Positions 46,927 to 58,273 of a stretch of DNA of 64,000 nt are shown in pieces. The translations under genes were made by a program, and so were the position numbers. The stretch is taken from the NCBI GenBank assembly GCA_963825865.1, contig CAWGVG010000027.1, positions 96,001-160,000 on the forward strand. The letters are read 5' to 3'. Source of the stretch: an uncultured Nitrososphaeraceae archaeon. GTDB lineage: Archaea > Thermoproteota > Nitrososphaeria > Nitrososphaerales > Nitrososphaeraceae. The notes beneath the pieces were generated by a model. That model saw nothing but the letters and a program-made list of their open reading frames with translations, searched no databases and was not told the DNA's origin. Each line of letters begins with the position of its first letter. Within the stretch, counting starts at the first letter, position 1.

Positions 46927-47229
46927 GTGTATTTAGTTATGACTTCGACAAAGAAAGAGTTAAAACAAAAGGAAAATCAAGAACGTCTGGCCAGTGCAGT
47001 AGCCACTCTGGATATAATAACTAAAAATAATAATATTCAGAGGAATATTAGAAATATGGTAAAGGAAGTCCTATTTGATATAAAGGAAGAAAAGGGCGGG
47101 AGCATATCTGTTCGAGCAGCAAATGCTATAAGTATGTTAGATGGTGTAACACAAAATCCCCAAATGCAGTCACATATTAGAACTATGCTCTGGCAGGTCG
47201 TTTCAACTCTTGAAAGTATAAGAGAATAG
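46927..47229 (+). CDS. UPF0147 family protein
   Basis: RNIR...VRAANAISMLD...P.M.SH.RT.LWQVVSTLE. Confidence 0.9.
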   Translation: MYLVMTSTKKELKQKENQERLASAVATLDIITKNNNIQRNIRNMVKEVLFDIKEEKGGSISVRAANAISMLDGVTQNPQMQSHIRTMLWQVVSTLESIRE

Positions 47230-47449
47230 AATCGTTATTACTTTATCTCCGTGTTTTTGACGGGCTTTAACGGAGGCGGAAGTTTTTCAAGTTTATGTGT
47301 GGGGTTAGCAAGATAATGTCTCGACGCCCCTTCTCCACTAAGCACAATATTACAATTACTGCATCTATACCTTATTGCCAATTCTCTGTCCTAATTTTTA
47401 TACTTTAAACATGGCTAAAAAGGCTGTGGATACAAAATGATATGAGTAA

Positions 47450-49634
47450 TTATCGTAATCTGACAATTTCCCTATTATCTGGTACACTGGATCTGATTTT
47501 CAACCTGGAATATATTGTACTCGCAACATTCTCTGATTTTGATTTTTCACCATGATTTACAAGCACCCTTTTTGGTCTTATTCTTGACACAAAATTCAAT
47601 ATCTGGTTGAAATCACTATGTCCACTGAAACCATCCATCTTTTGAGTCTGGCATCTCACTGGAACCACCTTTACTTTACCATTTTTGTCCAGTATGCTAA
47701 CTTCGGTCATTGTACCATCAAGGACACGTCTTCCTAACGTTCCATTAATTTGGTATGAAACAAATATAATCTTATTTTTCGAAGAGGGCGCTATTTCTTT
47801 AAAATACTCAACTGAAGGGCCACCCTCTAACATGCCCGATGTAGCCATAATAATTGATGGATTTTCATCTTCGAAAACTTCGTCTCTTTTGCCATAGCCA
47901 TTTATTATGGTAAAGTATTCTGACTGGAATGGATTGATTCCTTGAGAAACTGACTTTCGTACATCAGAGCCCAGATAATGGGCATATGACATGTGTATGG
48001 CACTTGCTTCTGAAATCATACCTTCAATATAGATGGGAGATTCAATAAGACGTCTTTCTCGCATTTCTCTGTCTATGACAAGCATAATTTCTTGCGCTCT
48101 TCCGACTGCAGGAAGAGGGATCAATACTTTACCGCCTTCTGTCAGGGTTTTATTGATACTATCGGTAAAGGTTCGATAAACAACTGATTGATCTGGCATG
48201 ATATCACTACTATTGCCATAAGTACTTTCAGTGATTAGCGTTTCAACTCTTGGATATGTTGATGATGCACTGTCTAGAAGCTGTGTTTTTGCATATTTGT
48301 AATCGCCAGAGTAGAGAATGTTATGTGCACCAGAAATGTTAAGGTGGATTGTTGCACTTCCCATGATATGGCCTGCATTGTTTAGTGTAATAGTAATATC
48401 TGGAGAAATGTCAGTTGGTTTACCATAAGGCAATGTAATGCAATGTTTGATAACTTCGTGAATATCTCTTGTCTCATAAGGTAAATAAGTACCGTTATTC
48501 TTCGCAATCTTTACAGAATCCATTTGAAGAAGGTTCATTAACGGTAAAGTTGGTTCAGTACAGTAAACTGGCCCATTGTATCCAAACTTGAATAGCGCAG
48601 GCAAAAATCCCTGATGGTCGATATGTGCATGACTGATGATTACCGCATCAAGATCATCTAAATTAAAATTGAACCACTCTAAGCGAGGGTATGCATTCAA
48701 TCCCAAAGCTTCCCCCGGATTGATCCCACAATCTAACATCACCTTGCTTTCGGGAGTTACAACAATAAAACAAGATCTTCCAACCTGTTTAACGCCCCCA
48801 AGACAGAATAACATAACTTCTTCCTTGCTTGTTGGCCATGACTGCTGTGATGATCTGGCAGCGGGTTCTGAGGTCATGACTCGTTGTTGTCGTTCTTGTT
48901 TACTATGTCTGATTTCATCTGAACTTCTGTTTACGCCATTATTGTCTAATATGAGAGGAGCTCGAAAAATTCTGTTTCCAAGTTCTCGTAAAAATATTAT
49001 TCTTTCCTTAGCTGAACTTTTTAACGTAGAGTGAATAGTGCTGATGCTATTGGACGGAATATGTGGAGAGCGTCTAGTATGAGCAATCCAGCCAGTAGAC
49101 CGGGCGATTTCGATTACCATATTGGAATCTATAATTTCTGGATGGTTAACTTCTAAAATAACTTCTCCCGTTGCATCGTCGCAGAATACAGCGGAAACCG
49201 AGACGTCTTTTGGAAGTAATTTGACAACAACTGATCTCGTTTTGTCTTCTGGTAATCGTATAGACGGGTCAGTACCGAATCACAAATCTCTTTTTCAGGG
49301 TTTTAGAAAGTGAAGATAAATGATAAGTTAATTCTGTAAGCGAAAATTTTGGATTCTTTGTATATAACGCAATATAGGGACCCTCAAACTTTGTTAATGT
49401 GATGTCAGATTCTGATGGGATAGACTGTAAAATAATTTTTGCAACTCCACCTTCGCTATCTGTTGTTAACCTTGAGATCAAATGACTTTTTTTTTCGTCT
49501 TCTACGAGGTTACTTTGCGTCTCTGCTTCAGCTTCTGACTGTTCTTTTTCAGATTTGCTACCTTTCTTTAGAGCATTGCTCCCATAGTCGCCCTCCTGGA
49601 CAAATTCATTCTTTAGGTCTTCGTTTTCTTCCAT
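47450..49634 (-). CDS. fttA: Beta-CASP ribonuclease aCPSF1/FttA (transcription termination factor); frameshift near 49280
   Basis: KH-domain N-terminus (FEGPYIALY), QVGRSC, SHAHIDH, AGHIMGS, TSGMLEGG, FSGHSD and NHGE motifs. Confidence 0.95.
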
Positions 49635-50162
49635 AATGTTCTCTTATCTAGCTACTCCGGTGACCTTTTGCCTCACCTCTTGAAACAACAAAGCGACCTT
49701 ATAACAGAGGCAAAGATATGATATTGACCGGTAATATGCCATCTAATAACTATGTACGTCCATTAATATATTTTTGTGTACTTTTAAATATTAACCACAA
49801 GTACAGAATCATTTTTTATGATAACTCCATAACAAAAAGATGAAAAGATGTTCACAGCTTTTGGCAATTATTGCCGCTATGTTATAAAGAAAACGAAAAA
49901 GTTATACAACCTTAATAGAAGATTCTATGTCAATATAAGTTAAATTCATGACAGCCCTGTGATCTTGTCACAGACAGCTCATTCAAAAGAAATGCCTTAC
50001 AAGAGATTCTTGACAATTGGTATTTATATATATTATATGGATGACCTTGACATTTGATGAAAAATCTCCGGTGCAGGAAAGATATAGAGGATTTTAGTCA
50101 TCTAAACAAAAATAATCATAATATAATATGAATTCATAATTTTATTGTTGACCTGTATTGTA

Positions 50163-51422
50163 TTACTTGATAACCCAAGGCAGGACGAATTGCATAAGTA
50201 CTATCGTAGTCATCACAATTGATAGTAACTGAGAAGCATTTTTTACTCTGTTTGTTTTTGATTTTGTTTTGCTTTCGATCAATGAATTATACCACTGGCT
50301 TCCATCTAGAGGGATAATAATTGGAAGTGCATTGAATATAGCGAGGTTAAAGTTGATGAACCATAACCAGAATAGCGTATTTGCAACTATAGGAAAAGAC
50401 GAGCCTAATACATTTGACTCATATTTTGATGCCATAGAATCAGAATAAGGAACCGCAGTTCCATTGTTCACCGTTGGAGGAAGGAGCCACACTAATGGAT
50501 TTGAACTAAACGCACTCTTGTATCTTTTTAGTATTATGGAGGGGTCAGGTGACACGTCCTTTATAAGAATACCCAGAATTCCTCTGTTTGCCTCGATAGA
50601 TGCTGGTAGGATTACTGAACGAGTTATCTTCTCGCCTGTCTTATCTTGCCACGTTATTTTTATATTATGACCGAGATTTGATCGAAGAAGAGCACTCAGA
50701 TCCTCTATACTATGTACATTTTGTCCTGCTATAGTTTTGATGATAGATCCTTTTGATAGACCTATTGTTCCTGCAAGAGAACCACCATTAACACCTGTAA
50801 CCTCCACTCCTGGCTGTGGTTCACTAGAAGTAGATAGAGAAGTAAGAGTAGAAATCACGAAATAAATTGCGATCAAAGAAATGGTGGCCAATACCATATT
50901 ATTTAGCGGACCTGCGGTCAAAATAGCGCTTCTTTGCTTTAGAGATGCTTTTGCTAACTCCTCTTGCTCGATATTTACAAATGCTCCAACGGGTATTCCT
51001 AAGAATAGAAGAATTCCTGTGGATTCTACTTTGATATTATATACTCTGGCTACTATCCCATGACCACCCTCGTGAATAAACACAGCAATTATGATCGCTA
51101 TGATTATAATTGGTGCAATCTTCAAAGGAAGAATGGGATTCAACCCTGGAATAAGGAATGGAGAAAATGGACCTGCACTACGGGCTCCTTCTCTAGCCGC
51201 TGCATTTGAAAACACAACTATTAAAGAGAAAACAAATAGAAATATTGCCAGTCCAGTGATGAGAGGCATAAGATAAGTACAGATTTTAGCATAAATTCTG
51301 GCAACATTAGTTCTTGCCACTTTATCGAAAAAGGTTAAACCGAAAGGCGTATGAATTAATATCAGAGGAAACTTGACTTCGGCATGAACATTCCTCTTCT
51401 TCTTTTCCTGTTCCAAACGCAT
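50163..51422 (-). CDS. Site-2 protease (M50) with a PDZ domain
   Basis: HEGGH, AGPLNN and FNALP..PLDG motifs. Confidence 0.93.
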   Translation of the reverse strand: MRLEQEKKKRNVHAEVKFPLILIHTPFGLTFFDKVARTNVARIYAKICTYLMPLITGLAIFLFVFSLIVVFSNAAAREGARSAGPFSPFLIPGLNPILPLKIAPIIIIAIIIAVFIHEGGHGIVARVYNIKVESTGILLFLGIPVGAFVNIEQEELAKASLKQRSAILTAGPLNNMVLATISLIAIYFVISTLTSLSTSSEPQPGVEVTGVNGGSLAGTIGLSKGSIIKTIAGQNVHSIEDLSALLRSNLGHNIKITWQDKTGEKITRSVILPASIEANRGILGILIKDVSPDPSIILKRYKSAFSSNPLVWLLPPTVNNGTAVPYSDSMASKYESNVLGSSFPIVANTLFWLWFINFNLAIFNALPIIIPLDGSQWYNSLIESKTKSKTNRVKNASQLLSIVMTTIVLMQFVLPWVIK

Positions 51423-51817
51423 AACGTATTGTAACTACTGTATTTAAATTAATCATTGTACCTAACTCACTCGCTAGCCGTAATCTAATAGACAAAAAAC
51501 GATGTGATATGATATTAACCCATTTTTGCTATCACGCAATAATATCTACATATATAATGATGAGGATGACCCATATAGACTCAAATTCAGAATCGAACAC
51601 ACTTACGAATGATGAAATCATAAATTGGATGTCATGTACTATTAAACATCATAAGAAGCAACCATTGTTCAAAAAAACAAAATTGCAATGTCTATAGTCT
51701 TTGCCAACATATTATTAATAGAAAATTTAATACAAATCACTAAAAAGTAATGGATTTATCACAAGAAGAAACATAATGTGAATATGAGTGAAATAAAGTT
51801 TCATTCTTCATATTTTT

Positions 51818-52147
51818 TTATACTTCACCACTGTCTGATCTCTGAATCTCGATTATAACTCTGTCACCAACTTTAATTCCAATGTCTTCGTATTCTCTCA
51901 TGCTCATTTTCATAGTTGGTGCGTCAGTTACTCCACCTCCACCCATAATTCCAGATATATTTGACATTACCTTGGGCATATTCTTCATAAGATCATCTAA
52001 AGAGGAAAATGCCATTGCGTTGGGACCAAAAGGATTTTGCTGTTTTTCTCCTGGCTTGTATTCTTTAGGATCATTAAATGTAACATAAACATAAGGGCTA
52101 CCGTCTTGGGAGGCTTCAATCCTTGCAACTATAAACTCTTTTTTCAT
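51818..52147 (-). CDS. Conserved-type hypothetical protein
   Basis: Clean 109-aa ORF ending REYEDIGIKVGDRV. Confidence 0.75.
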   Translation of the reverse strand: MKKEFIVARIEASQDGSPYVYVTFNDPKEYKPGEKQQNPFGPNAMAFSSLDDLMKNMPKVMSNISGIMGGGGVTDAPTMKMSMREYEDIGIKVGDRVIIEIQRSDSGEV

Positions 52148-52349
52148 TTATCATAAATATTGAGCAAGAAGGGACTTATTTGCATATCGTATAGAATTTC
52201 CACTATTATAAAAAATTATATGAAAATTAATTTAAGCTGAACTACACCAGAAATCCTCCTTATTAAAGTGTTTCAATATGACAAAAGACAGAGTCAGTTT
52301 TTTTATTCAATAAGTATTATATGCCTTTTATCCTATTGTCACTATTATC

Positions 52350-53048
52350 ATGTCGCAGAAAGAAAATGTCTCGGCAACAGATTCTAAAAAAATGATGGCT
52401 GAACCGCCGTTAAATTTATTGTTTAATCCTTCACTTCTTTCTGCCAAGAAAGACATATGGGATATCAACGTTACAATGCTGCTTGAAATGCTTCTTAGAG
52501 TTATTAATACAACAGGAAAAAAGGACCTTAGAATATGTGGTATTGCTCCATTATCTGCATCGATTATACATCGTCTTAAGGTTGAAAGCATTTTTAGATT
52601 AGAGAAAATTGCTATGCAGAGAAAAGAAGTGGAAGATCCCCAGCTTCAACAACCGATACCAGAGCTTAGTGCTATTGAAATTCCCTTTAGAATTGAATCA
52701 ACATATCCAGTATCTTTAGAAGAACTTCTTCATGTTCTTGAAAATATGATTTCTGAACTTGCAAATCCTAGACCAAAAAAGAAACAACTTGAATTGGAAC
52801 CTGTTGAGGTTTTTAATTTCAATCAATACCTTGTAAAATTTGAACATATATTACAAGAATATGAAGATATGATTTTCGACATTGTTAATGCAGATGGAGT
52901 AGCCATGTTTAAAATGCTTGTTGTAAATATGGGACCTGTAGAAATTGTAAGATGTTTTATTGCAATGCTTTATCTAGCCATGAAAGGCAAAGTGGATTTA
53001 GAACAGATCGAATCTTCAGAAGACATAAAGATAATAATAAGACGATAG
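52350..53048 (+). CDS. scpA: Segregation and condensation protein A (kleisin)
   Basis: WDINV and C-terminal FIAMLYLA..GKVDLEQ; adjacent to scpB. Confidence 0.88.
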   Translation: MSQKENVSATDSKKMMAEPPLNLLFNPSLLSAKKDIWDINVTMLLEMLLRVINTTGKKDLRICGIAPLSASIIHRLKVESIFRLEKIAMQRKEVEDPQLQQPIPELSAIEIPFRIESTYPVSLEELLHVLENMISELANPRPKKKQLELEPVEVFNFNQYLVKFEHILQEYEDMIFDIVNADGVAMFKMLVVNMGPVEIVRCFIAMLYLAMKGKVDLEQIESSEDIKIIIRR

Positions 53049-53091
53049 CAGCAGAAGCAATAAATCAATCTGATTCTCTAACGTTCACAAG

Positions 53092-53658
53092 TTGCGGGTC
53101 TCGTCTCTTCCTGAAGAAGAAATTACTGCCAGAATTGAGGCCGCACTATATTCTGCGGGTCGGCCCTTGTCGGTTGATGAACTTATTCGAGCATCAGGTA
53201 CAAATTCGAGAGAAAAGACAATGAAGGTTGTAAGTGCCTTAGTCAAAAAAACAAAATCTGTTTTCAAGGCTATAGAGATTAACCATCTAGAAGATGGCTC
53301 CTTCGTATTTCAATTAAAGCCTAATTACATGCCTATTATCAGAAGATTTGCGCAGCACCCATTAATTCCTTCTGCCGCTCTCAAGACATTGTCTTATATT
53401 GCATATGAACAGCCTGTCACTTCAAAACGTCTTGTCCAGATTCGGGGAAGTCAGGTTTATGCTCATCTTAAAGAACTAGAACATATGGCATTCATTGAAC
53501 ATGAAAACCTGGGAAGATTAAAAGTATATAGAATAACGAAGAAATTCCAAGATTACTTTGGCATAACCGATCTGAATTCTATGAAAAGCAAACTCCTAGC
53601 AATAACAAACAAAGATAACAAAATAATCTCTTCTTCTCCACCTTCAGAAAAGTCTTAA
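53092..53658 (+). CDS. scpB: Segregation and condensation protein B
   Basis: IEAALYSAGRPL, LKTLSYIAYEQPVT, IRG and FQDYFG motifs. Confidence 0.95.
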   Translation: MRVSSLPEEEITARIEAALYSAGRPLSVDELIRASGTNSREKTMKVVSALVKKTKSVFKAIEINHLEDGSFVFQLKPNYMPIIRRFAQHPLIPSAALKTLSYIAYEQPVTSKRLVQIRGSQVYAHLKELEHMAFIEHENLGRLKVYRITKKFQDYFGITDLNSMKSKLLAITNKDNKIISSSPPSEKS

Positions 53659-53685
53659 TTAAAGCGAAATAATACTGTACCTTAT

Positions 53686-54072
53686 ATGCGAAAGTCAATA
53701 GAGAACCTGGCTGGACGCAAATTTACTGGTGGACGCAAAATTGCCATGAGAGGCCGAAGGAAGTTTGAGATTGATAGGTATCCTAATGAAGCTATTGTAG
53801 GGAATAAAGATATCGTAACAAGACGGGTGCGAGGTAATAACATAAAGACGGCATTTAAAACAACAGAATTTGCAAATGTTGCTGATCAGGTGTCCAAGAA
53901 AGTAATGAAATCTAAAATCTTGCGGGTAATCAAAAATTCTGCAAATAAGGATTATGAGAGACGAGGAGTAATTAGCAAAGGAGCATTACTTGAAACTGAA
54001 GCAGGAACTGCAAGAGTAGTTTCAAGACCCGGACAGGATGGCACTGTTAACGCAATTCTCCTAAAACAATAA
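53686..54072 (+). CDS. rps8e: 30S ribosomal protein S8e
   Basis: RKFTGG, RVRGNN.K and SRPGQDGTVNA motifs. Confidence 0.97.
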   Translation: MRKSIENLAGRKFTGGRKIAMRGRRKFEIDRYPNEAIVGNKDIVTRRVRGNNIKTAFKTTEFANVADQVSKKVMKSKILRVIKNSANKDYERRGVISKGALLETEAGTARVVSRPGQDGTVNAILLKQ

Positions 54073-54119
54073 AACCTCATTATATAATCATCATGTTAAT
54101 CATGGGCTTGAAATATGTG

Positions 54120-54150
54120 TAAAGTTAAGGCGACTCTTGCTTTAACTTTA
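54120..54150 (+). terminator. Hairpin downstream of rps8e
   Basis: TAAAGTTAAGGC-N7-GCTTTAACTTTA (one G-U pair) followed by a T-tract. Confidence 0.4.
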
Positions 54151-55334
54151 ATTTTTGGTTGGATCAGAGAACGCAGTAAAATAATATGCTCCTTATTCGA
54201 ATATGTTAATAATCCATTACCATGATATAGTAGACTATAAAGCGTTTGTACTACTGACATTATATAACGATGCACACAATACTCATTATGACATTGGTTG
54301 AAGACAATTAAAATTAAGATATTGTAGAGCTGTAAATTATTAGGAGAATGTCTGAATAAACACTACAAGAGGACTTGCTGATTTATTTCTTTGCTTGGCA
54401 AAAACGAATTACTTTATCGTGGCACTCATTTGAAACATTCAATGTCTATTAGTAATATGATTTTCTTATATTGATCAAATTAGAATGAAAACCGAGTACA
54501 ACAATCACTTTTACAAGTATATTGTTACAGATAATAAAGCAATAATGTTACTGAGTATCAGTAACAATGTTCCTCAAGTTCCTTAAACACTACAAATAAC
54601 TAGCCGTTATCTTGGGCTAGAACAGAAAAACCGTAACTTTTACTCACCAATAACTTTTGCACAGGTATAAAGGAAGTAGTCTACACTTCTTATGTCATCA
54701 GTTACTCCAATAACACTATTTGAAAGCTCCTAATTCCATTGTAAAGGTCAAATATTAAATGGCACATCAATTACTGTATATATATGAAAACTATATAGTA
54801 TTGTATTGCCTGTTATTTTGGCATCATTATTGTTAATTACTAGTTCCTTTGAAAAGGATTTAAAGACACAAGCGATGGCTTCTCAGAATTCCAATTCATC
54901 TCCATCAACAAATAATAATAATATTAATGGCTCTTTAACTATAGGTCCTCCTCAATTGCCGTTATCGGATAAACCTATTCATGGTCCAATACCAGGAACA
55001 CAAGCGCCATAAAAAATTTGCTAAGAAATTTCCCTCGGAATAAGGATTCTATCTACCTACTGATATTGGAACGAGATTTGCTTCTGATAAATTACATCTC
55101 TTTGTATAGGTAGTAATTGCATCGCTAGAGTAGGATTTTTTTACATTGCTAAAAAGCCCAAAGAACATCTTTTTTATGAACCTAAAATCGCATCATCGCT
55201 ACCAAGAGTGAAAATGTTGCAATTCAACATTGCTATGGTCCTAATTATTAGTAACATATATCATAATCAGAGCTCTTATATTATTATACTTAGAAACTAT
55301 ATATAGTCTGAAAACATCATGAGTCTGACCCGGT

Positions 55335-56276
55335 TTGAATCCTTTCAAGCTGTTAAATGGCTATTTTAGTGCGAAATTACAGTCCGTGTCAATTGTGATA
55401 GTTTTTCTATTATTGGGATCAATGGTGGCAATTTCAACAATTGTTTCAACAGCTATTGCTTCTCCTTCTATTTCTCCTTCCACGTTACCGTCTTTATCAT
55501 CACAAGTATTATCATCATTCTTTGCAGGACCACTAGCTTCAACAACAACAATCCATTCAACATCCTAATAATAATAACAATAATAGCCTCCCCCTTCCAA
55601 CAGAAGGCGATACTGGTACATCAATACTTTCCAACTCTCCTCCTCAATCGGTAACGGCGGGCATTGGAGAGGAGCCAGATACGGATGAAAATGAAGCTAA
55701 GTCAAGTATCTGATAGATGTAAATGAAGGAGGCCATTCAGAAATACATCCAGCTTATGAGGTCATATTCAATCCGACATCCCCTCCACCACCACCAACAC
55801 TACCACCACCTCCCGGCACATGTCAAAAGCTTCAAACAAGTAATGTTGTAGCAAAGTGGCAGCGAAACCGGAAACCTGCCATCAAATGCCATAGACAATA
55901 ACCTTAATACTCGCTGGTCAAATTTGGGTGTAGGCTCGTGGATTCAAGCAGATTTTGGAGGAGTAACAGATACCATTTGCAGTGTAGATATTGCTTGGTA
56001 TAATGGAAATCAGCGACAGAATAACTTTGTTGTATCTGTTTCAAATGATGGAAGTACTTTCACCAAAGTACCATTTACAGGAAAAAGCACTGGAACAACT
56101 TTATCACCTGAGAGATATAACTTGCCGGCAAATACCGTTGGTAGATTTGTACAAGAATCATAGTCAATGGAAATACACAGAACAATTGGGCATCTATAAC
56201 AGAAATTGCCGTTAATGGGTTTGCAGGTACCACTTCACATCCACCATCTACTCCATTTAATCTTCCTGTATCTTGA
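55335..56276 (+). pseudogene. Disrupted secreted protein with an F5/8 type C (discoidin/CBM32) domain
   Basis: NAIDNNLNTRWS, WIQADFG, IAWYNGNQR, SNDG.TF and NNWASITEI motifs; several stops and frameshifts upstream. Confidence 0.75.
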
Positions 56277-56635
56277 ACTATGCGAGAAGAGGATGAACAG
56301 CAAGCTAAACTTTTATGGAAAAGCTAAAACGACTCAAAGCCATATCATTAGTTCTGTAGTGCAGATGCTGGACGTCAGATTCAAATACACAGGCTACATC
56401 CTCCACTATATCTCATGTAGAGACTATATTGATAGAGCGACCCTGTAATTCCAATAAATAGGGCTAATGACGGTAAGCGAGTGTAATGGTAAGTTTTGCA
56501 ACTCATTAGAGACATATGAATTATTGTGTCTGCGGGCAGCAACACCAGTTTCTTGCTATGTAACCCAGTCAAACAAACAAACAAACAACCCTTCGATACA
56601 AAAATTAATATTCACTCACCATTTTTTTCAAAGTA

Positions 56636-58273
56636 TTGCAAGAGGATCTTATGGATTCTGTAGCCTCATCTGCTGGAACAGATTCTAATTATGTACAGGT
56701 ATGTAAATCCATTGCCCAACAAGTCCAAAAAGAAGGGAATTTACCACCCAACACCATCTTGAAAATTAAAAGGGAAACAGCATCGAAATACCACCTTTCT
56801 ACTCTACCAAAAAACGAACATATTATTGAATATCTCTCTAACGATAGCCAGTATCGTAAGGTTTTGATGGTTAGACCTATAAAGACAGCTTCGGGAGTGG
56901 TAGTAATTGCAGTGATGCCAAAACCATTTGAGTGTCCTCATGGCAGGTGCATTTACTGCCCAGGTGGAATTGAATTTAATACTCCGCTAAGCTATACAGG
57001 ATCTGAACCTTCTACAAAATCTGCTCAAAGATTTGGATATGATCCATACTTACAGGTTCAGTACAAATTGTCCCAATTATATGCAAGAGGACATGATACT
57101 GGTAAGGTCGAACTTGTTATAGTTGGTGGTACTTTTCCCTTCATGCCGATAGAATATCAGAAAGATTTTGCAAAATTATGTTTTGATGCTTTGAATGGAA
57201 TAAAATCTTCTGCCAATCTTCAAGAAGCAATCAAAACCAACGAAAATGCGAAGATTAGATGTGTAGGCTTTACTGTCGAAACAAAACCCGATTATTGTAA
57301 ACAGCAGCATATTGATCTAATGCTTGAATTGGGAGTTACGCGTGTAGAAATAGGTATTCAATCATTACGTAATGAAGTTTATCGGGCTGTCAATCGTGGA
57401 CATACTTTGGGTGATGTTATTGAATCATTTCAAGTGGCACGAGACGCCGGCTACAAAATTGGTGCACACATGATGCCAGGTTTGCCTAATTCATCACCAG
57501 AAAATGATATACAGGATTTTCAAACATTATTTGAAGACCCTTCATTCAAACCAGATATGTTAAAGATTTATCCAACACTTGTTATGAAGCATACTGGAAT
57601 ATATAAATTGCATCAGGACGGAAGATATTCTGCATATTCTGATGATGATTTAATGGACGTGTTGGTTGCTGTAAAAAAAATGGTACCGCCGTGGATCAGG
57701 ATAATGCGAGTTCAGCGAGAAATAGAATCTAAAGATATTGTTGCAGGCCCCAAAAATGGAAATCTGAGACAGATTGTGTTACAGAAATTATCTGAGATAG
57801 GTTTAAAATGCAATTGTATAAGATGCAGAGAAGCCGGATTGCAAAGAAGGCATCTGCCTGAAGACGAAGTTACGATGAATAGGATTGATTATTTTGCTTC
57901 GAACGGACATGAGGTGTTCCTATCATTTGAAAGTATGGATAAGTCAACCATTCTGGGGTTTTTACGATTGCGTAAAGTTTTAAATCCTTATAGGAAAGAG
58001 CTGAAGGAAGTTGAAGGTGAAGCCACAGCTATTGTAAGGGAATTGCATGTATATGGTCAGATGTTGAATATAGGAAAGAAAAGAAATGACAATTCCTGTC
58101 AGCACAAGGGATATGGAATACGACTTATGCAGGAAGCGGAAAGAATTGCGAAAGATGAATTTGATGTAAAGAAATTATCGATTATAAGTGCGGTAGGAAC
58201 TAGGAAATATTATAAAAAATTTGGATACATTCAGAATGGTCCTTATGTATCAAAAGCGCTACAATCGCAATGA
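56636..58273 (+). CDS. elp3: Elp3 radical SAM/acetyltransferase (tRNA U34 carboxymethylation)
   Basis: CPHGRCIYCPGG, GGTF, KIYPTLV, RVQRE, VRELHVYG and QHKGYG motifs. Confidence 0.97.
   Translation: MQEDLMDSVASSAGTDSNYVQVCKSIAQQVQKEGNLPPNTILKIKRETASKYHLSTLPKNEHIIEYLSNDSQYRKVLMVRPIKTASGVVVIAVMPKPFECPHGRCIYCPGGIEFNTPLSYTGSEPSTKSAQRFGYDPYLQVQYKLSQLYARGHDTGKVELVIVGGTFPFMPIEYQKDFAKLCFDALNGIKSSANLQEAIKTNENAKIRCVGFTVETKPDYCKQQHIDLMLELGVTRVEIGIQSLRNEVYRAVNRGHTLGDVIESFQVARDAGYKIGAHMMPGLPNSSPENDIQDFQTLFEDPSFKPDMLKIYPTLVMKHTGIYKLHQDGRYSAYSDDDLMDVLVAVKKMVPPWIRIMRVQREIESKDIVAGPKNGNLRQIVLQKLSEIGLKCNCIRCREAGLQRRHLPEDEVTMNRIDYFASNGHEVFLSFESMDKSTILGFLRLRKVLNPYRKELKEVEGEATAIVRELHVYGQMLNIGKKRNDNSCQHKGYGIRLMQEAERIAKDEFDVKKLSIISAVGTRKYYKKFGYIQNGPYVSKALQSQ

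Noticed and set aside
47247-47340. GC-richer intergenic patch as a tRNA or ncRNA
   Set aside because: Only a 6-bp CTCCGT/ACGGAG stem; no cloverleaf, T-loop or box motifs recognised.
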